Shown: piece by piece, positions 20,354-32,548 of the stretch
Layout: each line of letters begins with the position of its first letter
Position numbering within the stretch: the stretch's first letter is position 1
DNA from: an uncultured archaeon
GTDB lineage: Archaea; Thermoproteota; Bathyarchaeia; Bathyarchaeales; Bathycorpusculaceae
Direction of reading: 5' to 3'
DNA length: 64,000 nucleotides
Assembly: GCA_963782915.1 (NCBI GenBank)
Contig: CAWALK010000025.1
Coordinates: forward strand, 75,704-139,703
Notes under the pieces: model-generated
Told to the model about the DNA's origin: nothing
The model's database searches: none
The model's input: only the letters and a program-made list of their open reading frames with translations
Translations under genes and position numbers: made by a program

Positions 20354-23300
20354 ATGACTCATGGAAAACTCAACTCCTTCGGAAAGCTCGGCCACTTAAT
20401 TACAAAGCGCAAGTGGAGCATTATCGCTGTTTGGATATTGCTTTTGGCAATAATTGTGCCGGTAGTTATGACTGCAACAGGTGTTACTTCGCTCACTATG
20501 GATTCGTCTTCTGGAGCCGACCTTGAATCCTCCAAAGCAGGCGACATAATCACTGCACAATTCCAAAAATCCGTATCCAACGATTCACTAGCCATAATAA
20601 TATCAACCAGAGATGCCTCGTCAATAGCAACACAGCGCTTCATTGACGAATTAACAAGGCAAATAAACGAAACTTCCAGCATCACCGGACTGGAAAATAT
20701 AACCAGCGTATACTCAATTCTAATCCCCGCCCTCAACCAAACAAACCAGGGCGTCTACCTCGCTTATAACGGCGGCAACTTAACCTACAATTTACTCTAC
20801 AGCGTCCCAACAATCTACTCCAACGTATGGTACAACGCATACAACACCACCAAATACGGCCAATTGGTTCCAGGACTTAACCAAACCGCCCAAGGAGTCT
20901 ACACCGTCCAAGAAAACGCCAACATGACCTACAACCTACTCTACAGTGTACCCGCAATATACCTCAACGTCTGGGGACAAACCTATCAAGCCACACAAAA
21001 CCTAGACCAAGCAAATCAAGCCGCTTACCAGCAAACCGCCGGCATCCTATCCCAAGCAGACCCCGCAGCCTACGCACAATACACTTCACATTTACTCAAC
21101 GCTTTCAACACAACTTGGGTACTGAGCTTCCAAGACCCATCCACCCAAACATTATACACCACAACAACGCGCTTCACTGGCAGCTAACATCACCAACCAA
21201 CAATACATCAATAACTTCTTAGCCTCAAACGCTACAATGCAAGCCTTCGCCACATCCCTAACACAGACATTCTCCCTTGACAACTACTTAACAAACACAC
21301 CCGACCAGAACAATGCACAACTCCAGGATTTCTCAATCAGATACATCGCTAACCAGTCAGGTTCATCTGTTGCTTTCGTTAAAGCCGCCTACGACTTAGG
21401 CAAAACACCCTCAACCACTGCCCTATCCTCCTTAGCGGATAACATAATCTGGAACTCCAAAAACTACGGCATGGACAGCTTCGTCACATTATTCAACAAA
21501 ATCTCCTACGACCAAACCAAAACTATACTAAAAGACATCGACCAAACCGCCTACAACGACTACACTTCACATTTGCTAAATTACTTTAACGCTTCCTGGG
21601 CAACAAGAGTTCCAAGTCAACCTCTTCCAACTGCGTGGATAAATCAAACCGCAGGCATCGCAGCCGACGCAGCCAACGCCCAATTTATCCCTGCTTACCT
21701 AAACGACAGCCAAGGCTTAGCCGAACAAGTTGCCTCCTCTCTTAAACTCCAAGACTACCTCAACGCCAACACCACATCCTCAAACAGCAAACTCAAAACT
21801 CTAACAATAAACTATGTTGCAAACCAATCCAGCCTATCTCCAGAGTTAATCACTGCCATTTACAACATGGGCGAAAACGCAACCAACACTGCACTAGAAA
21901 CGCTCGCCTCAAACATCGTTTCCAACCCAGATGCCTACAACGTCGGCGAACAATTCAACTCATTAATCACTTCGTTTGTTTCGCCCTCCAAAGATGTAAC
22001 GCTCATCTCAATCACCTTTGACAAATCAGATGACGCTAACCTCTTAGCAATAAGAAACATCATCGCCCAAAAATTAGCTCAACATCCCGCCGACATCAAT
22101 TCAGCCGAAGTAACAGGCAACGATGCTTTAAACTACGATTTCGGGCAATCAACCAACAAAGACCTAGAACTTATCTTACCAATCACTATAGCTCTGCTAG
22201 TTATAGCCACAGCATTGTTCTTCCGATCCATCGTTACCCCAATAATCACTTTGGGCACGATAGGAGTGGGGCTTGGTGTTTCACAGATATTCCCCTACTT
22301 GATAGGCACCTACATCAACCCAGTGGACTACACCGTATCAACAGTGCTCTTAACAGTGCTAATTGGCGTAGGCACAGACTACAGCATCTTTATAATTGCT
22401 CGTCACCGAGAAGAAAGAATCCACAACCTGCCCGTGTTTGAAGCCATCAAACAATCCATCACTTGGGCAGGCGAAAGCATCGTAACCAGCGGCGCCACAG
22501 TCATCATATCCTTCCTTGCGCTTGTCAGCAACTTCGATGGTTATGCTTCAAACCATGGGCTTAGTCGTCGGTTTAGGCGTCATCGTTACCTTGCTGGCTT
22601 CTTTGACGTTTGCACCTGCGTTAACAGCGATTTTAGGCGACAGAATCTTCTGGCCTAACTCAGGAAAACGATTCGAACGATACTCACAAGGTATTATTGA
22701 GAAAAACAAACGCAGAGGCGGCTACTTCGCAAAAAGCGGCGCATTCTCAGTAAAACATGGCAAAGTAATCATCCTCATCGCTGTCTTAGTTACCTTGCCT
22801 ACCTTCTACATCTATGCAACAACAACACCCACCTACAACATGATAAGCGGCGCGTCGAACAGTATTGAATCAATCTCTGCATCCAATACCCTCACGGATT
22901 CCTTTGGCGGCGGCAGATTGATGCCCTCATACGTTGTAGTAACGTTTTCGCAGCCCCTCGTGGATAGTAATGGCACCTTTAACAAGGGTGAAATGGCGAC
23001 ACTGCAAAGCATGTCTTCCATGATTGCCAATCATGAAGGCGTACAAAAAATAACAGGACCCACAATGCCCTATGGCGAAGCAGTAGATTACCAAACAATC
23101 ACCAACGATTCCGACGCAACCGCCTACAGCGGCATGCTCAGCGCCATCGGAGCAGACAACCAATCAGCCCTAATAACCGTACAATTCCACGTAGACCCAT
23201 ACTCTACTGAAGCCATCAACTACGCTCAAGACATACGAACCACTCTACACCAAAACTATGACAGCGCCGCTAACGTAACAGGCATCTATTTAGGCGGAAC

Positions 23301-23925
23301 CACAGGCGGCACATTGGATACTAAAACAGTCTTTGAAGGCCAATTCACCGCGATTCTTCCAATCGTCGCATTAGGCGTCGGCATAGTATTATTCATCGTC
23401 TTGGGTTCACTGATACTGCCAGTATTCGCCATCCTATCAGTGCTCATGAGTATTGTGTGGACTTTGGCAGTTACAGTGCTAGTCTTCCAATCGGCTTTCA
23501 GCTACGGATTGCTATTCATAACACCGCTGATTCTCTTCGTGCTGCTGCTGGGCTTAGGCATGGACTACAACATATTCATCCTCACCCGCATACGTGAAGA
23601 AGCAGCCAAAGGACAACACCTAAACGACGCAATCATACATGCCATTCAACAAACAGGCGGAATCATCACTGCTGCAGCCATAATCTTGGCAGGTTCACTT
23701 GGGGCACTGGTCCTCTCAAGTAACATGATGCTAAAAGAAATGGGCTTCGCCTTTGCCTTTAGCATCCTAATCGATGCATTGGTTGTGCGAACCTACATAG
23801 TGCCTGCAGTGATGTCAACGTTTGGCAAATGGAACTGGTACAACCCAATCAAACGCCTACAACGAATCAAAGACATAGACGACACCAAAGAAGACCAAAC
23901 CAACGCCGAACAGAAAACAGAATAA
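20354..23925 (+). CDS. MMPL/RND family transporter with large repetitive extracellular loop (two frameshifts)
   Basis: GVGTDYSIFIIARHREE and GLGMDYNIFILTRIREE motifs in successive frames. Confidence 0.88.
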
Positions 23926-24016
23926 ACCCATTTGGGAACCAACGTGTTCCCCAACAATCTTTTTATAACTCATTTTACCCATTCCGTAAAACTTTGTTAA
24001 ATAATTTGTGTAGCTG

Positions 24017-25690
24017 ATGACGTTCATGGTACAGTATAAATGGGTTGCATTATCCAACACTACTCTTGGCACTTTGATGGCATCAATCGACATGACCATC
24101 GTTTTAATTGCTTTGCCCTCGATTTTTAGAGGCATACAAATCGACCCCTTCACGAGTTTCCAGTATCTGCTCTGGGTGATGTTTGGCTACAGCATCGTAA
24201 CCGCTGTCCTTCTTGTCACTTTTGGCAGATTATCAGACATCTACGGTCGAGTTAAACTCTACAACTTGGGCTTTCTGATATTCACTATAGGCTCAATTCT
24301 GCTGTTTCTAACGCCTAATACGGGCGACGCTGGAGCCATAGAACTGATAGTTTTCCGCATAGTCCAAGGTGTCGGCGCTGCTTTCCTCTTCTCTAACAGT
24401 GCAGCAATCATAACAGATGCCTTCCCAGAAAACGAACGCGGCAAAGCACTAGGCATAAACGGCTTAGCTTTCCTTGCTGGTTCACTGATTGGTTTGGTTT
24501 TAGGCGGCGTCTTAGCCGTTTACGACTGGCGATTGGTCTTCTTAGTGAGTGTTCCAGTCGGCATAATGGGCACGGCATGGTCATACTGGAAACTCAAAGA
24601 GCAACATATCATTAGGAAAAAAGCGAAAATCGACATTTTCGGCAACCTTTCCTTCGGCGGAGGCTTAATTCTGCTTCTGGTATCCATAACTTATGGTTTA
24701 ACACCTTACGGGTCTTCGCCGATGGGTTGGGGTAACCCTTGGGTGATAGCTTCCCTTGTCGGCGGTGCAGCATTGCTTATTGCGTTTCCATTCATAGAAC
24801 GCAAAGTAGCTGACCCAATGTTTGACTTGAACCTATTCAAGAACCGAAGTTTCGCTGCTGGAAGCATCGCTACTTTCCTAAGCTCCATGGCCCGAGGCGG
24901 AGTCATGATAATGCTCGTAGTGCTACTGCAGGGCATTTGGCTTCCACTCAATGGATACAGTTTTGAGGATGCACCGTTTTGGGCAGGAATCTACATGATT
25001 CCAATGTCAATCGGAGTAGCCATCACGGGTCCGCTGAGCGGTTGGTTATCTGACAAACATGGCGCACGTTTACTAGCAACTGCAGGCATGATAATAACTG
25101 GCATCGCATTCTTAGCGTTCACGTTTTTAGGCGCAAACTTTGCGTATTTGCCATTCGCACTGATACTGTTGGTTATGGGCATCGGAAACGGCATCTTCAA
25201 CTCTCCCAACATGGCTTCAGTCATGAACTCTTGCCCCGCCGAAAACCGAGGCGCAGCATCAGGCATGCGCTCAACACTACAAAACTGCGGCCAAACCATC
25301 AGCCAAGCAATATTCTTCACCATAATCATAATCTCCCTAAACGCCACCTTACCCGTAGCACTTTCAACTGCAGTCTCCAACGCAGGCGCATCAACACAAG
25401 TTGCCTCAGCATTCAGCCAAGTTCCAGCTGCAGGCGCACTCTTCGCTGCTTTCCTAGGATACAACCCAATCGGCACATTACTGCACTCAATGGGTCCCAT
25501 CGCTGCAAGCTTACCACAAGCAACACTAACCACCTTACAGGGCACAACATTTTTCCCCAACACCATAGCCACACCATTCATGACTGCATTAACACAAGCC
25601 TTCATCATCGGCGCAATTCTCTGCTTCATAGCAGCCATATGCTCAGCACTAAGAGGCTCCAAAAAAGCCCAAGCTTGCACAAGCAAATAA
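24017..25690 (+). CDS. MFS transporter (DHA2-like)
   Basis: GRLSDIYGR and GWLSDKHGAR motif A; many TM segments. Confidence 0.92.
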   Translation: MTFMVQYKWVALSNTTLGTLMASIDMTIVLIALPSIFRGIQIDPFTSFQYLLWVMFGYSIVTAVLLVTFGRLSDIYGRVKLYNLGFLIFTIGSILLFLTPNTGDAGAIELIVFRIVQGVGAAFLFSNSAAIITDAFPENERGKALGINGLAFLAGSLIGLVLGGVLAVYDWRLVFLVSVPVGIMGTAWSYWKLKEQHIIRKKAKIDIFGNLSFGGGLILLLVSITYGLTPYGSSPMGWGNPWVIASLVGGAALLIAFPFIERKVADPMFDLNLFKNRSFAAGSIATFLSSMARGGVMIMLVVLLQGIWLPLNGYSFEDAPFWAGIYMIPMSIGVAITGPLSGWLSDKHGARLLATAGMIITGIAFLAFTFLGANFAYLPFALILLVMGIGNGIFNSPNMASVMNSCPAENRGAASGMRSTLQNCGQTISQAIFFTIIIISLNATLPVALSTAVSNAGASTQVASAFSQVPAAGALFAAFLGYNPIGTLLHSMGPIAASLPQATLTTLQGTTFFPNTIATPFMTALTQAFIIGAILCFIAAICSALRGSKKAQACTSK

Positions 25691-25707
25691 ACCTAAATTT
25701 TCCTTTT

Positions 25708-27544
25708 TTATTTTTGTTTTCTTTTAACAAATAAAACCAAGATTGCTGCACAGAAAATCGCTGCGAACATAGAGATTTCTGGTCCTTCAGGTACTGGGTT
25801 AGGGATTGCATAGAATGTTAAATCGAAACTGAAATCGCATGTGCCATCATTGATTGTGACGGTGTGGGTTTCAGTAATTGAAGCTGAAGCCGTAATAGTT
25901 GCCGTAAATCTGCCTGTTGCATCTATTGTTGTGGTACCCAAGTTTTCTGTGTTATCCCACGTCATTGTTGCTGTGCCAGGTTTGAACCATTTACCTGTAA
26001 TTGTGAATGTTTGCTCGTCTACACCTGAAATAATTGTGGATAAGTCGCTGTTTGGTCCAAATATTCCCGTTGCTGCTGCAGTAGCCTACTTGAGTTAATC
26101 CTCGTCGCCATTCCTTGTAGGGAACAGCTGTGGTGACGGTTCGGCTGTTACTGTTATCGGTTGCTCTGTACACAATATTGTCATAGAGCGCGGAGTGGTC
26201 GCCTGCAGCGTTGTTTTGTTGTAAGGTCAGGTGCAGTTGTCGTATAAGTAAAGTCTTCAGGTTGCGATTGGTAAGTTGTTAACTACTGAAACCCATGTGG
26301 AGCTCTGGGGGTTTAAGTATTCAATTTTTACTGTGCTGCCTGCTGTGAAGTCTGTTCCGCTTATTGTAATAGCGCCGTTTCCTGTGCCTTGGCTTGGGGA
26401 AACGTGAGTGCGAAATCAAAGTTAGTGTTATTGGGCTGCCGAATCCAGTGACATAATCATAGCCTGTGCCTGCGCTATAGCCGTTGTTAGCCAGTAGTTA
26501 TGTCCCGAAAAGACGAAGTCATAAGCAGTTTTTGCGCTCTGGTAGATGTTACCCAGCGTTGCAGATTGTCTAGTGCATGGATTGCTGCCCACTGTGGTGC
26601 ACCGTTGCTTGTACCTCTGATTCAGTCCATCCATTGTTACTGTAAACTGGAAGGTGGCTTGCAGAATATGAGACGTCTGGAACGATACGTTTGGTGCCTG
26701 GTAACCCATAGTTTGACTGGTAAGCAGGCATATCCTCGTAAGCGCTTACTCCTCCGCCGCTTTTACCCCATGCATTTTCCGAATTTACAGTGCCGTCAGC
26801 GTTTAGATCAAGTAGTGTTCCTCCGACAGCTATTACATAAGGTGAACAGGCGGGCCATAAAGCACCATTGTGCGCCGCTATCTCCAGAAGATGCAAAATA
26901 TGCAATTCCCGGTATTGTGAAAATCGAATCATAATATGTAAACCATGAACCAACTGGCCCTCTTCAAATCCTGCGCTTATTGAGACTGCTACTACATCTG
27001 ATCGACTTGTAGCGTAATCGATGGCTTGCTCGAATTGGCTTAAGCGGCTATCAACTGCTTCAACTAACAATATTTTTGCTTGTGGCGCAATTGCATGAGC
27101 CCATTCAACGTCTAAACATGCTTCCGATGACCATTTCCCAGTGGGGTCAACGATGGTAAGCTGGTTATCATTTTGTGGACTTCAAAATTGCTGGCGTCTG
27201 GTAGAGGTAAAGAGAATTCTGTGGCAAAACACATTCAAGGTAAGTCTCTATATTGGGCGTGTCATAGGCAACTATTATTGCTATCGTGGCTCCGCTGCCT
27301 CCTGAAGATGGCAGATTGTACGCTGTTTTCATCTGGCTTGGTGTATAACCATAACCCGCTGAACCGCCACCTAAAGGTTCCATAGTGGACAAAGGTTCTA
27401 GGGTCAATTGCTCAACTTGCTCAAACGAAAGAGTTGGTGGCGTTTGTACTATTATGGGCGGTTGATAGTACGCAGTAATTAGAAATGAACAGGTTAGTAG
27501 CACCGCTAGAATCTTCGATAGCCAAGTATGCTTCGTTTGTTCAT
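25708..27544 (-). pseudogene. S53 (sedolisin-like) peptidase with C-terminal VPE + TM anchor, multiply frameshifted
   Basis: YTPSQMKTAYNL, EACLDVEWAHAIAP, SGGGVSAYE, R.VPDVS; C-terminal PVPE..TM..KRK; start approximate. Confidence 0.75.
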
Positions 27545-27650
27545 CTCCTTTCTTAGTATGTACTGACTAATCGAGTTACGCAGTGAATTGCTTATTATGC
27601 TTTATGCCCAATAGCAAAATACAAGAATGTGTTTTCCTCTAACCAAAAAT

Positions 27651-30138
27651 TCAAGAGCGATTAATGATTATTATAGTTTTTTTCTTCAAAAATAGTGCTA
27701 TCAACATAACCGTTGAAGCAGCAAGCAAAAGCAGAACCATACCCATCTGCTGTTCAGGTACTATGGGTGTGGGTGAAGGTTGATTTGTCGGCGTAGTTTG
27801 AGTCGGCGCTGCAGTTGCCGTCGGTGTAGGCTCAGTAGATGAGAGCGGAGTCGGAGCAGTCTGCGGCGTTTGAAGCGTCACTACACAAGTGTATGTTGAC
27901 ACTAACCCCGCGTTGTCCCGGAATTGGACAAAAACGGTTTTTGCGCCGTCATACCCATGCAGCGTCCACGCTTTCGTGGCTGCATAGGTTTCCCAGCTGG
28001 TCCAGTCGCCGTTCTGGTGGGCAAAATGCATCTCGGAGACCCCTGAAGTGTCATTATTTGCGTTAAGATAGAGGGTGATGTCTGGGGTTTGGGTGAGGCT
28101 GTTTGACATGATTGAGCCTAAAGGAGCGGTTTTATCGAGTTTGATTCCACCTGCGATTCTATGGGGTGTTTCTATGAGTGTTGATCCGTCGGGGCTCCAT
28201 GTGCTCCAGTACTCGACTGTATTGTTAGCGGCTTCCGCAGTTGATTAGGGGTTGACCGTTTGCCGTAACATTCTGTATTTCGCCGCCGTTTATTCGATAG
28301 AAAGTCTCGTTTACAGGGTAGTCAGGCACCAAATTTACAGTATAATCAGCTGTATACCAGCCGTCGGTGTAATCGGTAGCTACTGAAGGATAACGTGAGA
28401 TGTTAACGCAGAAATTGGTCGCTGAATCCCGGATGGTTAGTGTATGTTGCCCAACAGAGGAGGCTGGTACAATTATGCTTGTGTTGAATTGCCCTGCTCC
28501 ATCGATTGTTGTGGTGCTTATGTTTGTGTTATCCCAGAGCAGGGTTGCTGTGCCGGGGCTAAACCATCTGCCTCCAATAGTGAGGGCATCGCCGTTTTGG
28601 ATGAAAACTGTGTTTGCCAAATTAGTGTTATTGCCATATAGCCCTTGGGCGGTTGAGTTGCCAACCTGGGTTAAGCCTCGGCGATATTGTTGTAAGGGAA
28701 CTGTTGAGGTGTTGTATGAGCGGCCGTTGCTGTTGTCGGCTGCACTAAAAACTATGCTGTCAAAGCTCTGCGGGTTGTCGCCTGCTGGGTTGGTTTGCAT
28801 AAGATCGGGTGCAGTAGTCGGCAGTGAGAAGCTTCCGGAGGTCCGTGGCTGTGTTGTTGCTCACGAAACCCATATAGTTGTTTAGAGGGTTGAGGTAAGA
28901 AATATTTGACTGAACCGCCCGCTAAGCCGATACCGCTCAACGTTAATGTGTTTCCCGCTGCTCCCGAAATCAGGTGAAACGGCCAGTTGAAGCGCCGAAG
29001 TTGAAGGTTAATGGGCTGCCTAACCCTGTCACGTAATCATAACCGATCCGAGCATTGTAACCTCCGTTCGACCCGGAAATAATATCCCGGAAATAGCTGC
29101 TATAGTCTAATTTTGCTTTTTGGTAGATGTTAATGTTTGATGCTGAGGCGACTAAAGCGTGTATTGCTGCCCACTGCGGCGCACCTGCGCTGGTGCCGCC
29201 GAATTTATACCAGTTGCCATTATAGTAGACGGGTACGCCTGTTGAAGGGTTTCCGTTATAGGAGACATCTGGAACACACCGTTTTGACCCAGTAAGGCCA
29301 TAGTTTGCTTGATAAGTGGGCATTTTTTCGTATGAGGCAAATTCCTCCTCCGCTTCCGCTCCAGGCAGTCTCCGAAATGACTGTGCCGTCAGCATTCAAA
29401 TTAAGTGTGGTTCCTCCAACACCGACTACGTTAACGGAGACTTGCAGGCCAACATATGTCTGAGCACCATCATCTCCTGAAGATGCAAAAAAACGGCGCC
29501 ATAACTGCTCGTCAGTTTATTTGTCGAAGTATTGGTTGGGTTGAGTGGTTCATTGCCGCCCCAACTCATGGAAACAGCAACAACATCTGGGCGGCTTTTG
29601 GCGTATTCGATTGCATCGAGCAAAGTGGTTTGGCTGTTGAAACACCTTGCTTCAACAAGTAAGTATCTTTGCTTCTGGGGCGATGGCGTGTGCCCACTCA
29701 ACATCTAAGGCTGGTTTCTTGTGCCCAACCACTGTCAGTAGTGATGAGTATCTGCCATTTTGTGGATTTCAAAGTTGCTCTGTTGGCGCTGGGCAGGTTG
29801 AATTGGCTGCAGAAAACCGTGAAATCGGCTAATAATTGTTGGGGCATCGAAGGCGTCTATTATGGCTATTGTGGTTCCGTTTCCGCCGGATGAGGGTAGG
29901 TTGTATGCGGTTTTTATTTGGGTTGGAGTATACCCTGAAGTGTACTGCAAAGGGTTCGATTTGTTGAGCGATATGCATGGGTTCCACATCCCACTGAGTT
30001 CTTGTCTGTGCAGAAATCGTTTGCTGCTGGAAAAGCGAAAGCTGCAATTAACAGTAAACAAGTGGCGAATAACACAGTTTACGATGGCTCTTTAACTGTT
30101 GGCTATTTTGGTAATTGCGGGTACCCACGTCTAGACAA
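27651..30138 (-). pseudogene. Second S53 peptidase paralog with C-terminal VPE + TM anchor, multiply frameshifted
   Basis: YTPTQIKTAYNL, VSMSWGG, RCVPDVS, GGTSAGAPQWA, GYDYVTGLGSP; shared RRGLTQVG module; start approximate. Confidence 0.75.
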
Positions 30139-30292
30139 CTTGTCTAGTTCGACCCCTGTTTTTTTGTTTGCCCTAACCCTTCCCCTAACTGCCTAACCAT
30201 CAACTATGTTAGCGCCCGCATTTTTTTAGGTTACGCCGCAACCGCAACCAATATAGCACCATACACAGCAACATTAAGCACAGTGAAAAGTT

Positions 30293-31516
30293 ATGCAGCG
30301 GTCCTACTCACGATTACTCGGTGTAGTCGGAAAACCAAACACCGGCAAATCCACCTTCTTTAGCGCCGCAACCTTAGCTGCGGCTGAAATCGCAAATTAC
30401 CCATTCACAACCATCAAACCCAACCGTGGCGTCGGCTACGTCCAAAGCCCCTGCGTCCACGTGGACTTTAAAGTCCAAGATAACCCCAAAAACAGCGTCT
30501 GCCAAAACGGCACCCGCTTTGTCCCCGTCGAATTAGTCGACATAGCGGGCATCGTGCCGGGCGCTTGGGAAGGCAAGGGTTTGGGCAACCAGTTTCTCGA
30601 CGAAATCCGCCGAGCCGATGCGCTGATACACGTTGTTGACGCTTCGGGCGGAACCGACTGCGAAGGTAAAAGCTGCAAACCCGGCGAACACGACCCGCTT
30701 GAGGACGTGGCGTTTCTGGAAAAAGAAATCAACATGTGGATGTTAACTATCCTCAAGAAAGACTGGTCAAAAATTTCAAGAACGGTAGAAACGGACAAAA
30801 AAGGCCTCGCCTTCCATTTGGAAGACCGTTTAGCAGGTTTAAGCATTAAACGCCAATTTGTCGCTGAGGCAGTTCGAAGATCCAACTTAAACCTTGACCG
30901 TCCTGTCTCTTGGTCGGATGATGATTTTTACCGTTTCATAGACAATTTAAGGCGAATAGCTAAGCCGATGCTTATTGTTGCAAACAAGGTTGATTTGCCA
31001 ACCGCCAAAGCTAACATAGAGCGCCTCAAAAAACTGGATTACATCGTTATCCCAGTCAGCGCAGAAGCAGAGCTGGTGCTACGGCGTGCGGCTGAGAAAG
31101 GCTTGATCGACTATAAACCCGGCGACAAAGACTTTAAAATCATTGCCCCCGAAAAGTTGTCGGCTGGGCAAATCAGGGCGCTTGAGCAGGTGAAAGAAAA
31201 AATCTTGCAAACCAACGGCTCCACCGGCGTCCAAGACGCACTCAACACAGCCTACTTCAAACTCTTAGACATGATAACCGTTTACCCAGTAGAAGACATG
31301 GAGCACCTCACAGACCACGACGGGCGTGTCTTACCCGACGCATACCTCGTACCCAAAGGCACAACCGCCCACCTATTCGCCTACGTTATCCACAGTGAAC
31401 TAGGAGAAAACTTCCTCTACGCTATAAACGCCCGCGATAAACGCAGAATCGGCGAAGACGCCATCCTAAAAGACCGCGACGTCATTAGCATAGTGAGCGC
31501 TAAAAGCCGGGCTTAG
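30293..31516 (+). CDS. ychF: Redox-regulated ATPase/GTPase YchF (archaeal)
   Basis: GKPNTGKS, YPFTTI, DIAG, NKVD and C-terminal TGS domain. Confidence 0.92.
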   Translation: MQRSYSRLLGVVGKPNTGKSTFFSAATLAAAEIANYPFTTIKPNRGVGYVQSPCVHVDFKVQDNPKNSVCQNGTRFVPVELVDIAGIVPGAWEGKGLGNQFLDEIRRADALIHVVDASGGTDCEGKSCKPGEHDPLEDVAFLEKEINMWMLTILKKDWSKISRTVETDKKGLAFHLEDRLAGLSIKRQFVAEAVRRSNLNLDRPVSWSDDDFYRFIDNLRRIAKPMLIVANKVDLPTAKANIERLKKLDYIVIPVSAEAELVLRRAAEKGLIDYKPGDKDFKIIAPEKLSAGQIRALEQVKEKILQTNGSTGVQDALNTAYFKLLDMITVYPVEDMEHLTDHDGRVLPDAYLVPKGTTAHLFAYVIHSELGENFLYAINARDKRRIGEDAILKDRDVISIVSAKSRA

Positions 31517-31583
31517 CCACCCATCTTTTCTTTTAGGCTTGAACCTGACAGAATTCAGATGATACTGGATACCGCTTAAGTGC

Positions 31584-31619
31584 AGGGATGATGTCGCCGT
31601 TCCAGCCTTAGGGCAAAGT
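31584..31619 (-). repeat. Repeat family D (ACTTTGCCCTAAGGCTGG..GGCGACATCATCCCT), copy 1
   Basis: 34/36 identical to 47397-47432(+). Confidence 0.85.
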
Positions 31620-31657
31620 TAGGACTAAATTACTGAAACGGTCTTCTTTTCTTCTAG

Positions 31658-32449
31658 TTATAAGTCTTTACACATTTTTCTCTTCTTAACAATAAAAAAG
31701 GCAATCAAAGGGATTACTGCAAACAAAGGCAATATGGATAGTAAAGAGAATTCTGGAACTGAAGGAGATGGGTTTGGAGAGGCAGTGACTGAACCATCAG
31801 TTAAGTTTAGTGTTTGGGTGTTGCTCCAATCGCTTGTTTGTCCAGTAAATATCCATCCGCCCCCAGGAATTGCGCTAACTTCTCTGTGAACGAACCCTAT
31901 CATTGCTTGAACTTGGAAATCAAGTTGAGAATTAGGAGGGAAGGTTCTATACATTCCCTGAGTAGCCATCTTTAGTCCCTCTGTTGATGAGTATTCGCCT
32001 TGGGGCGCAAATACTGTTTCAGGACTCCCTGAATCGCTACCAAAATAACCATCAGAAGCTCCAAAGAGGTTATGCCACTCAGTCTCAAAGTGCCCTTTCC
32101 AACGAATGTCATAACTAAGTCCTGCCGTCCAATTAGAAGTACCTAATTTAACCTCAAAAGGCGTAACCGCTTCATTTTTTATTCGTATTTCGATAGTTCT
32201 CGCTTCGATATGCTCGCTTGGTTGCGTTATTGTCTGTCCCGTATATGGGTCTATAGAGGTAGATGCTGGAATATCATAGGACGAATCTATTAGACTAACA
32301 GTAAATTGAGGTACAGCAGGTTTAGGTATTTCAGGGTAAGGTGTAGGATAAGGTGTCGTTTGAGCATCAGAGAGTTTCACCATCCACAGGCTAGATGCTA
32401 ATAAGATTACGACTAAGCTTAACGAGAGGTACTTACCCAATCTATCCAT
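31658..32449 (-). CDS. Secreted surface protein with PEF-like C-terminal sorting signal
   Basis: Signal peptide; PAVPQFTV..SYD.P....DPYTG family motif shared with 34118-34993; VPEF+TM+KKRK. Confidence 0.8.
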   Translation of the reverse strand: MDRLGKYLSLSLVVILLASSLWMVKLSDAQTTPYPTPYPEIPKPAVPQFTVSLIDSSYDIPASTSIDPYTGQTITQPSEHIEARTIEIRIKNEAVTPFEVKLGTSNWTAGLSYDIRWKGHFETEWHNLFGASDGYFGSDSGSPETVFAPQGEYSSTEGLKMATQGMYRTFPPNSQLDFQVQAMIGFVHREVSAIPGGGWIFTGQTSDWSNTQTLNLTDGSVTASPNPSPSVPEFSLLSILPLFAVIPLIAFFIVKKRKMCKDL

Positions 32450-32498
32450 AATGGGACTTAATGCTTGTTTGGTTATATAATTTACTTATTAGACATAT

Positions 32499-32542
32499 AG
32501 TCCGCTGTGTTCCTAAGATAGGGAAAAGATGATTTAGGGGTC
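32499..32542 (-). repeat. Repeat family B, copy 2 (immediately after the stop codon of the NosD-like gene)
   Basis: Reverse complement GACCCCTAAATCATCTTTTCCCTATCTTAGGAACACAGCGGACT. Confidence 0.8.
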
Positions 32543-32548
32543 AAATTC

